NCBI GenBank assembly: GCA_947501605.1
Contig: CANMWZ010000010.1
Coordinates: forward strand, 46,688 to 110,687
From: Planctomycetota bacterium
Lineage (GTDB): Bacteria > Planctomycetota > UBA1135 > UBA2386
DNA: 64,000 nt
Direction: 5' to 3'
Shown piece by piece: positions 1 through 7,560 of the stretch (its first letter is position 1; every line of letters starts with the position of its first letter). A program made the position numbers and the translations under genes. The notes beneath the pieces were generated by a model, which had not been told where the DNA came from, searched no databases, and saw nothing but the letters and a program-made list of their open reading frames with translations.

Positions 1-296
1 GAAACTGCAGGCCTTCGCGATCCGCGGCGCTGCGGACCTGATCGGCCTGGCGGCCGAGCTCCCGCTGGCCAAGCCAGGCCAATGCCCCCAATGGCACAAG
101 AAATGTGCACATCGCTAGGAGATGGCGACGGACAGAACGCGGGCGGGACATCAGGGAGACGAGGGCGACGGTCGGTTCGAGTGCGGCAGATTATCCAAGG
201 TACGCAGGTCGTGCCGACCAGCCCATGCACGATTGGAGGTTGTGACCATAATGTGGCGACGGATTTCCTCGGCCCATCGTGGTAAGCACTATCGCG

Positions 297-1088
297 ATGA
301 CGGTGCCTGCGGCACGAAACGATCCGAAGCTGTCGCGCTTTCCGCTGCGTCGCCTGCGGCTGTCGATGGCAGACGGAACGGTATCTGTGGTGTTGCCGCG
401 CGGCGCCACGTGGATGCGGCGCGAAGCCATGGCGGCACCGCTGGACGAGCCACCGTACTGGGCGGACGTCTGGCCGGCCGCGGTCGCAATCGCGCGCTGG
501 CTGTCGCGGCGGCGCAATCTCCTCGGGCTGCGTGTGCTCGACCTTGGCTGCGGCCTCGGAGTCCCTGGGATTGCCGCGGCGCGCTGTGGCGCCGAAGTGA
601 CGTTTGCGGATCGTCAACCCGACGCCCTGGCCTTCGCCGAGTGGAACGCCAAGCATCAGTCGCCGCCGCGCCAGAAGCTCCTCATGGAACCGCGTGGCGT
701 CAACGCGCCCATGGTGCGCTGCGTCGTGCACGATTGGCACGCTGCTACCCTGCCGGGCACCTTCGATCTGATCTGCCTCGCGGATGTCAGCTATCGTCCT
801 GTGCATCACGCGCCCTTGTTGCGGCACCTGCGACAGTGTCTGGCCGACGGCGGCATGTGTGTGCACGCCGATCCGGAGCGTCGTGAGTCGGATGGCTTCT
901 TGGTGCAGTTGCGCCGCGAATTCGCTACTCGCGAAGAACTCGTCGAGACGCATTTCGAGGAGACGCGCCGGCAGGTGCGGATGACGTTCGTCGCGCGTAA
1001 CCCCAAAGTACTCGAGCAGTGGCACGAAGTGCGTCGACCGCACGCCACCGCCCCGACCGCGACCGACGAGGCCACGAGATCCCAATGA
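297..1088 (+). CDS. Class I SAM-dependent methyltransferase, METTL21/lysine-methyltransferase-like
   Basis: PPYWADVWPAA motif followed by SAM motif I VLDLGCGLG and LICLADVSY; ATG at 297 preferred over GTG at 279; stop overlaps the next ATG (ATGA). Confidence 0.8.
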   Translation: MTVPAARNDPKLSRFPLRRLRLSMADGTVSVVLPRGATWMRREAMAAPLDEPPYWADVWPAAVAIARWLSRRRNLLGLRVLDLGCGLGVPGIAAARCGAEVTFADRQPDALAFAEWNAKHQSPPRQKLLMEPRGVNAPMVRCVVHDWHAATLPGTFDLICLADVSYRPVHHAPLLRHLRQCLADGGMCVHADPERRESDGFLVQLRREFATREELVETHFEETRRQVRMTFVARNPKVLEQWHEVRRPHATAPTATDEATRSQ

Positions 1089-2020
1089 CAGTCCAACTCG
1101 ACCAAGTCGTGATCCGCTACGGCACGTTCACGGCGGTGGCAGGCATCACGGTTACGTTGCCTCAGGGCGCCGTCGGCTTGCTGGGCCGCAATGGTGCTGG
1201 CAAGAGCTCGGTGCTGAAGGCGCTGCTCGGATTGGTGAAGCCGACCTCTGGCCGCATGCGGATCCTCGATCTTCCCGAGCATGCGAGTCCGTCCGAAGTG
1301 CGTTCGCGGGTCGGCTACATGCCCGAGCGCGACTGCCATCTGCCCGGCATGACCGGGTTCGAGATGGTCAGCGTGCTGGGGCGTCTGAGCGGCCTGCCAG
1401 AACGGGATGCATACCGCCGCGCCCACGAGGTCCTCTACTTGTGCGGGCTCGAGGAACAGCGCTACCGCCCGGTGTCCGGCTATAGCGCCGGCATGCGGCA
1501 GAAGGTCAAGCTGGCGTCAGCACTGGTGCACGACCCCCAGGTTCTGTTCCTCGACGAGCCGACAAATGGGCTCGACCCGGATGGCCGCACGGAGATGTTG
1601 GCCATGGTCAAGCAGCTCGCCGGCAAACTCGGCAAGTCGGTGGTGTTGTCCACGCACATCCTCCAAGACGTCGAGATGGTCTGCGACTCGGCCGTGGTGA
1701 TGGAGAAGGGGGCCGTCGTGGCAGAGGGGCGCATCGTCGATCTGTGCAAGACCAGTGAGCGTCGGTTCCATCTTCAGGTCGAACCGGCCGGACTGACGTT
1801 GCCCGAACGAATGGCAGACGGCATCCGGATCGCTCCCTTGGGTGCCGGTCGATTCGATATCGAGGTCGACGGCGACTTGTTGCCGCACGAGATCTTCGCG
1901 CTCGTCCAGGCGAACGGTGGCACCGTCCGCGAACTCTTGCCGCATCGCCGCTCGCTCGAAGAGGTGTTTCTCGGAGCAGTGCAGGATCACGCCCAGAAGG
2001 CGGGGGAGGCTCACTGGTGA
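1085..2020 (+). CDS. ABC transporter ATP-binding protein
   Basis: Walker A GRNGAGKS, signature YSAGMRQK, Walker B LFLDEP, H-loop STH; ATG at 1085 overlaps the upstream stop. Confidence 0.95.
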   Translation: MTVQLDQVVIRYGTFTAVAGITVTLPQGAVGLLGRNGAGKSSVLKALLGLVKPTSGRMRILDLPEHASPSEVRSRVGYMPERDCHLPGMTGFEMVSVLGRLSGLPERDAYRRAHEVLYLCGLEEQRYRPVSGYSAGMRQKVKLASALVHDPQVLFLDEPTNGLDPDGRTEMLAMVKQLAGKLGKSVVLSTHILQDVEMVCDSAVVMEKGAVVAEGRIVDLCKTSERRFHLQVEPAGLTLPERMADGIRIAPLGAGRFDIEVDGDLLPHEIFALVQANGGTVRELLPHRRSLEEVFLGAVQDHAQKAGEAHW

Positions 2021-2910
2021 CGGTCTATGGTCTTGAGTACCGGCCGAAGGCGTACACGCCGACCGGCCCATTCCAGCGATTGCGGCCACTCGTGCACAGC
2101 GAACTCCACGTGCTGTTTCGCAGCAAGTGGGGCATCGGCCTGTATGGGCTCTGCGTGTTCCCCGTGCTGGTGCGGCTCGTCATGCTGCTCGGCTACCTGG
2201 GACTCCTGCCGCTCGGCAATCAGCTGCGCGAAACGGCGCAGGCGCTGCCGCCTGAATTGCGCTTGTTCGTGCCAGTCAACATCGAGTTCTACGTCGAGCA
2301 GGTGGTCCGCATGGATCAGGGGTTCTTCATCATGCTCGTGCTCACGGCGATGGCGACGGCGCGTGCTGTGGCCAAGGATCGTGCGACGAACGCGCTCGAG
2401 CTCTACTGGACCCGAGGCATCCGCCCCTCCGGCTATTTCTTCGGCAAGTGGTTGGGAGCGTTCTTGCTGGTCGCTTCGATCACCGTTGGCGCGCCGATGC
2501 TGCTCTGGGTCATCGGAGTGATGTTTGCGGCGGACTGGGCATTCCTCAGCGACACGATTGGCTTCATGCCGCGGGCGTTGGCTGCGCTGGCCGTGTTCAC
2601 GTTTCTTCTGACGGGCCTGTGCCTCTTGGTGTCGGCGATTGCGGCCTCGGCCAACGTCGCGACGATCCTGTGGTGCCTGCTCCTTGGCGGCTCCTCAGCA
2701 GTGGCGCAGGTGATTTCGGAGTTGCAGGGTGGCAACGCCGGCACCTCGATCAGCGTGTGGGACGCCGCCGCAACTCTGGCGCGGGACGTAGCCGGCATCC
2801 CGGAGCGCGGAACCAGTACCGCGGGCGCTTTGATGCTGATGACCGGGTTCGGGGTCGTGTTGGGGTGGTTCGCGCGGCGCCGCTTGCGGCTCTCGGAGGC
2901 GATCGGATGA
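2017..2910 (+). CDS. ABC-2 type exporter permease
   Basis: About 6 hydrophobic segments; DRATNALELYWTRGIRPSGYFFGKW motif typical of ABC-2 permeases; GTGA coupling. Confidence 0.85.
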   Translation: MTVYGLEYRPKAYTPTGPFQRLRPLVHSELHVLFRSKWGIGLYGLCVFPVLVRLVMLLGYLGLLPLGNQLRETAQALPPELRLFVPVNIEFYVEQVVRMDQGFFIMLVLTAMATARAVAKDRATNALELYWTRGIRPSGYFFGKWLGAFLLVASITVGAPMLLWVIGVMFAADWAFLSDTIGFMPRALAALAVFTFLLTGLCLLVSAIAASANVATILWCLLLGGSSAVAQVISELQGGNAGTSISVWDAAATLARDVAGIPERGTSTAGALMLMTGFGVVLGWFARRRLRLSEAIG

Positions 2911-3854
2911 GTGTTGCAACCGAGATTTCGACAGGAGCCGCGTCGCCACGCCTGCAGTACTCCTCTGCCAGCAAGTGGTACGGCCAGGTGTCCGCCCTGA
3001 TGGACGTCACACTCGCTGTCGGCAATGAGGTGGTGGGGCTCGTCGGCCGCAACGGCGCCGGCAAGTCGACTCTGATGAAGCTCGCCGCGGGACTACTGCG
3101 GCCGAGTCTGGGTGAAGTGCGGATCGCCGGCGCAATCGCTGGAACGGTCGCCGCCAATGCCGTGCTCGGGTTCAGCCCCGACCTCGATCGACTGTACGAA
3201 CGCTGTAGCGGCCGGCAGTTCGTCGCCTGGATGCTGCGTCTCCATGGGCAGTCGGGGGCGACGGCGAATGCGCGGGCAGGCGAAGTCCTTGACGAGTTGG
3301 GGCTCGGACCGCACATGCACCGTCCGATTCGGGAGTACAGCAAGGGCATGCGCCAGCGTGTCCGGCTGGCGCAGGCCTTGGCCCATCGGCCGCGAGTGCT
3401 ACTGCTGGACGAACCGATGACCGGGCTCGACCCGATTGCTCGCCATGAACTCGCAGAGCAGATCAAGCGACTTGGACGCGAGGGTTTGGGCGTGCTGGTC
3501 AGCAGTCATGTGCTGCACGAGTTGGAGGCAATCGTCGATCGCGTTGCGTTGATCCACCAAGGGCGCTTGGTCGCCGAGGGGCGGATTGGCGAACTGCGGG
3601 GCCAGTTGCGCGAACAGCCGCACAGGATCCGTCTGCACAGTCCGTCGCCTCGAGATCTCGCCGGTCTTTTGGCAGCGTTGCCACAGGTGATCGGAATCGA
3701 ATGGCGCCCCGATTCTCTCGATGTTGCCCTGAGCGGCGAACCGGGCTTCTACGCCGCGTTGACGTCTATCGGTGCCGGAGTGCGCGGGCTCGTGCTCGAC
3801 GTGCGGCCACTCGACGACTCGTTGGCTTCGGTGTTCGGCTACCTGGTGGGTTGA
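2907..3854 (+). CDS. ABC transporter ATP-binding protein (second)
   Basis: GRNGAGKS, YSKGMRQR, LLLDEP, SSH; start ATG 2907 (MSVATE) overlaps the upstream stop. Confidence 0.95.
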   Translation: MSVATEISTGAASPRLQYSSASKWYGQVSALMDVTLAVGNEVVGLVGRNGAGKSTLMKLAAGLLRPSLGEVRIAGAIAGTVAANAVLGFSPDLDRLYERCSGRQFVAWMLRLHGQSGATANARAGEVLDELGLGPHMHRPIREYSKGMRQRVRLAQALAHRPRVLLLDEPMTGLDPIARHELAEQIKRLGREGLGVLVSSHVLHELEAIVDRVALIHQGRLVAEGRIGELRGQLREQPHRIRLHSPSPRDLAGLLAALPQVIGIEWRPDSLDVALSGEPGFYAALTSIGAGVRGLVLDVRPLDDSLASVFGYLVG

Positions 3855-3858
3855 TTCG

Positions 3859-4668
3859 ATGCATACCCTGCGAATCGTGTTCGAGATCGCGCGTCAGACC
3901 GCGCTGCTGCAGTTGCAGAACCGGTTGTTCCGCTTGCTGTGGCTCGCCTTGCTCGGCGTCGCGGCGTTGGTGTTTTTCATCGGCCTCAATGCCCCGACAC
4001 ACTTGCAGGGCCGACACCTGTTCGCAGTGGCCACGTGGTGGATCCTGATGAACGTCACGATGCCATGGACGACCATGTACTTTGGTGTCCAAGCAGTGCA
4101 CGGAGACGTAGAGGACCGAACGTTTCAGTACCTGTTCATCCGACCCGTTCCTCGCTTTGCCGTGTTGCTGGGCAAATGCATGGCGGTGGCTGGCTTGGCC
4201 GCGTTGAGTCATGCTTTCGGCATGGCGATGGTGTTCTTGGCGGCAGCGCTCCATCCTGATCGCTGGGCCGATGGCATCGAATGGGAGCTGTTGGTGGTGT
4301 TCGCCCAAGCGAGCTTGTTGCTGGCCGTCGCCTACTCGGCGGTTGCCTGCCTGTTCGGCGCGTTCTTCAAGCGGCCACTGGTCTGGTGCGCGGGCTTCAT
4401 CCTGTTCTGCCAGATGTTCTTGGCCAACCTGCCCTCTCAGGCTGGTATCCGGTTGGCGACCATTGCCGACCCGGTGCGCCGCTTCGTGCTCGATCGTCTC
4501 GACCCGGACCCGCGGCTTGCTCGTGCTTTGTGGCCGAGCGAGCGGAACTGGAACGATGCTCTGATCGGCAACCCGTTGCTGAACTTGTCCATCTTGGTGG
4601 CTGTCGCCCTCGTCCTCGCCCTCGTTTCGTACTCGCGCAGCGAGTACGACTCGCGCGAGCGAGAATGA
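3859..4668 (+). CDS. ABC-2 type exporter permease (second)
   Basis: Multiple TM segments; EDRTFQYLFIRPVPRFAVLLGK motif. Confidence 0.85.
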   Translation: MHTLRIVFEIARQTALLQLQNRLFRLLWLALLGVAALVFFIGLNAPTHLQGRHLFAVATWWILMNVTMPWTTMYFGVQAVHGDVEDRTFQYLFIRPVPRFAVLLGKCMAVAGLAALSHAFGMAMVFLAAALHPDRWADGIEWELLVVFAQASLLLAVAYSAVACLFGAFFKRPLVWCAGFILFCQMFLANLPSQAGIRLATIADPVRRFVLDRLDPDPRLARALWPSERNWNDALIGNPLLNLSILVAVALVLALVSYSRSEYDSRERE

Positions 4669-4695
4669 CCTCCTTCGGGGCCTCGCGCGCTGCGC

Positions 4696-6033
4696 ATGCC
4701 GAATAGTCCACTGAATCCGGGACTGCTGATCCCCGGCGAGGCACCCCAGACGCGCCACCTGCTCTCGCAGGTTGCATGGTTCAACCGCTTGCGCATCTAC
4801 GCCGCCGCTGGAGTGGTGTGGGGCACGGCGTTGGCAACGCATGTGATCGCCGTCGTCGAGCAGCCGTGGCCGCTGTACTCGCTGGGCGCGCTGATTGCGC
4901 TCGTCGACGGCGGCTACATGCTGTACTTCCCGACGCTGTCGCGGCTGTCGATCCGGCACGTTCGCAGACACGTGTTCTCGCAGATCACCATCGACCTGCT
5001 GATCCTGACGACGCTGCTGCACTTCACCGGCGGAGTCACCAATCCGCTGCTGTCCTTCTACCTGTTCCACGCGTTCATCGCGGCGCTGGTGCTGTCCGAG
5101 GTTGCGGGCTTTGCCGTGGGTGCGATGTCGTTGGTGTTGGTTTGCGGGCTCGCGTTCGGCGAACGCTCAGGGCTGCTGTCGCACCACCCACTGTCCCTGG
5201 GTCTGGTGGACCTCTTTGCCGTCGAGCCGCTGGGGTTTGCGCTGGTGCTGTTTGCCTTTGCGACGACGTTGGCGTGCTCCGTCTACTTTGTCGCGCAGGT
5301 CCTGCGGCGGCTGCGCGCGGGCGAAGCCCAGCTCATCCGTATGGGGCGTCACCTGGCTCTGAGTGAAAAGCTCGCCTCGATCGGGACTCTGGCGGCCGGA
5401 GTCAGCCATGAGATCAACAACCCTGTCGGCGTCATCGCCAACAAGGTGCAGGTGCTGCGCTACCGGGTGCAGGACGGGGACGAACCGCAGAAGCTGCTCT
5501 TGGAACTCGATGTCGTCGAGAAGCACGCTCGCCGGATCGGCCAGATCACTGCTGGGCTGCTGGCGTTCTCGCGCGAGACGCCGTTCGAGTTGCGCTCGGT
5601 CGATGTTGCGCAACTGGTCCGCGAAGCCGTCGACCTCGTGCGGGTGCCGTTCCGGTCGGCTCAGGTCGAGTTGCGCGTGTCACCAGGAGACGCTGTGACG
5701 GTGCTCGGGTCGACGAATCACCTGCTGCAGGTGCTCATCAACATCCTGCTCAACGCCAAGGACGCGTCGTCGGTGGGCCGCGAGGTGGAACTGCGATGGG
5801 AGCACTTGGGGTCGGAGGCGGCGATCTCGATCGTCGATGAAGGCACCGGGATTCCGCCGGACGTGCTGGCAAAAGTGTTCGACCCGTTCTTCACCACGAA
5901 GGACGTGGACAAGGGCACAGGTCTTGGCCTCGCGATCAGTCACGGGATCGTGGAGCGGCACCACGGCCGCATCGAGGTCGAGTCGAAGCTCGGGGAAGGG
6001 ACGGTGTTCCGAGTCATCCTGCCGACCGAGTGA
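4696..6033 (+). CDS. Membrane sensor histidine kinase (NtrB-like HisKA + HATPase)
   Basis: N-terminal TM helices; H-box SHEINNP, N-box [30 protein letters not shown]. Confidence 0.95.
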   Translation: MPNSPLNPGLLIPGEAPQTRHLLSQVAWFNRLRIYAAAGVVWGTALATHVIAVVEQPWPLYSLGALIALVDGGYMLYFPTLSRLSIRHVRRHVFSQITIDLLILTTLLHFTGGVTNPLLSFYLFHAFIAALVLSEVAGFAVGAMSLVLVCGLAFGERSGLLSHHPLSLGLVDLFAVEPLGFALVLFAFATTLACSVYFVAQVLRRLRAGEAQLIRMGRHLALSEKLASIGTLAAGVSHEINNPVGVIANKVQVLRYRVQDGDEPQKLLLELDVVEKHARRIGQITAGLLAFSRETPFELRSVDVAQLVREAVDLVRVPFRSAQVELRVSPGDAVTVLGSTNHLLQVLINILLNAKDASSVGREVELRWEHLGSEAAISIVDEGTGIPPDVLAKVFDPFFTTKDVDKGTGLGLAISHGIVERHHGRIEVESKLGEGTVFRVILPTE

Positions 6034-6102
6034 AGTCGCACGTCGTTGCGGTGGCTGCGGCGCGCTGCGACGACATCTGGTGGCGGCAACGTCAAGAAGT
6101 GC

Positions 6103-6130
6103 TTGCGGGGCGGCGCACGCGCCGTAGCCT
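6103..6130 (+). promoter_or_regulatory. Candidate sigma70-type promoter in an intergenic region
   Basis: TTGCGG-N16-TAGCCT; no credible CDS downstream on + strand. Confidence 0.3.
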
Positions 6131-6176
6131 CTGCGCCTGTGTTGGGCGGTCGCACCTTGGGAGGGGGCCACCTGCA

Positions 6177-6209
6177 CGAACCGCCAGGACTAGGCATCCT
6201 GGTGGTTCG
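6177..6209 (+). terminator. Strong hairpin (terminator or sRNA stem)
   Basis: CGAACCGCCAGGA-ctaggca-TCCTGGTGGTTCG, a 13-bp stem with one G-U pair; no clear poly-U tail. Confidence 0.45.
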
Positions 6210-6595
6210 CTCTGGTCGCTCGTTCGCGGGCTTGGTCGGCTTGCCGACTGCGGCAGATTCCGGTTGGGACCGGTCTTCGACAAGCAAGGCTGCTCGCTGT
6301 CGCTGCTCGCGGATGAGCCTAGGGAAACCGCGCCGTCGGGGTGCAAGCTCCGGCGGCGCTCTTTATCGATGCTGGGCCCGAGCCATCGATTGCGGTGTTG
6401 GCCGGCAGCGCCCGCCTCGCAGTCGGGTGCGGAGCCGATCCAGCGGAGGTGAGGCCAGCCGTCGCCGGGCCAGCGTTCGAGTCGGCTGGCGGCAGAAACA
6501 ACGCAGGCCGCTTGGTGGAACCAAGCGGCCTGCGTAAGTGCTCATGCCACCCTCCGGAGCAGTGGCCTCCGGGGACGGCTGCGTGTGAGCGATCG

Positions 6596-6823
6596 TCAGA
6601 GTTTGACGTCGACGACCTGATCGACACGGAAATCAAAGCTGATCTCCTCGTCGATGTTGATCAGGCGGCCCGTGCCCTTGAACTCGTTGAAGATGATGGC
6701 GCCCGACAGCGAGCGGCCATCATCGAGAGACAGCTGCACCCAGTCGGCTTGACGGGCGTTCATCAGCAGGTCGTAGACCTCTTCCCGCGTGGGGCGAGTG
6801 ACATTGCGCTCAGCCATTTTCAT
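6596..6823 (-). CDS. Small protein, possible Sm/LSm/Hfq-like fold
   Basis: Purine-rich RBS (AAGGAG..GAGG); predicted helix followed by VQLSLDDGRSLSGAII, resembling the Sm1 motif. Confidence 0.6.
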   Translation of the reverse strand: MKMAERNVTRPTREEVYDLLMNARQADWVQLSLDDGRSLSGAIIFNEFKGTGRLINIDEEISFDFRVDQVVDVKL

Positions 6824-7544
6824 TCCTCTCTACTCCTTCCGTTTGCGCGGAACGTGTCCGCAGCGCTCGGGAAACCGCATTGGGACCGGCAAGGCCGGCT
6901 TGGAACAGTATCCGTGACCAGGATTCGAATCGGGCCGGATCTTGCCACAGGTTGTCCAACTCAGCAAGGTGCCGGAAGCCCCCAGCCATTTTGGAGACCT
7001 CGCGAACGCGCACGATGGGCACGCCGGGAGCCGGGCTCGGGAAATCGAGGGCGTAGACCAAGCCGCAATGTACGCGACCGACTTCGGTCGCGTCGTCGTT
7101 GAGCAGGCCGCAAAAAGCCGGTTTGGGCACGTCGCGGACCTCGCCGTCGGCCGTCGCCGCCGCGGTGACGAAGGCGAGTTCTTCCTCGAGTTCCTGCAGC
7201 AGCGCGGCCGCGAAGAAGCTGTGAGACCCGGTCAGGGCTGCGGGCCTCGGGTTGATGTGGCCACCGATGCCGATCGAGAGCAGATTGTGTAGGCGCACCT
7301 CGGTCTGCGCCTGCTTTCGCTGCACGCAGAACACCTGCGCGGGGCGGCGCAGCACGCAGTACGGAATCAGCTGCTTCCATTCCGGGTTCTGCTCGGCCTC
7401 GGGGCGGCCGACGAAGAAACCACGCTGGACGAATTCGTCGAGCATTCCGGCCGTGTGGGCCCCTTGCTCGAGGAAACCCTGCGGCCAGTCACCGCCGAAA
7501 AAGTCGCGACGGGCGACAACGAAGACTTCTTCCACGGCGGCCAT
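6810..7544 (-). CDS. Predicted NUDIX-like phosphoesterase (COG4112-type)
   Basis: AEQNPEWKQLIPY, RLHNLLSIGIGGHIN, QELEEEL, NDDATEVGRVHCG, FESWS motifs; start MAAVEEV. Confidence 0.8.
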   Translation of the reverse strand: MAAVEEVFVVARRDFFGGDWPQGFLEQGAHTAGMLDEFVQRGFFVGRPEAEQNPEWKQLIPYCVLRRPAQVFCVQRKQAQTEVRLHNLLSIGIGGHINPRPAALTGSHSFFAAALLQELEEELAFVTAAATADGEVRDVPKPAFCGLLNDDATEVGRVHCGLVYALDFPSPAPGVPIVRVREVSKMAGGFRHLAELDNLWQDPARFESWSRILFQAGLAGPNAVSRALRTRSAQTEGVERNENG

Positions 7545-7560
7545 CGATGGGTCTCGCCTC

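Noticed and set aside
92..106. TGGCACAAGAAATGT as a sigma54 promoter
   Set aside because: The -12 element lacks the conserved GC; too weak to call
6030..6595. Several short ORFs in the intergenic gap
   Set aside because: No motifs, atypical composition, mutually overlapping
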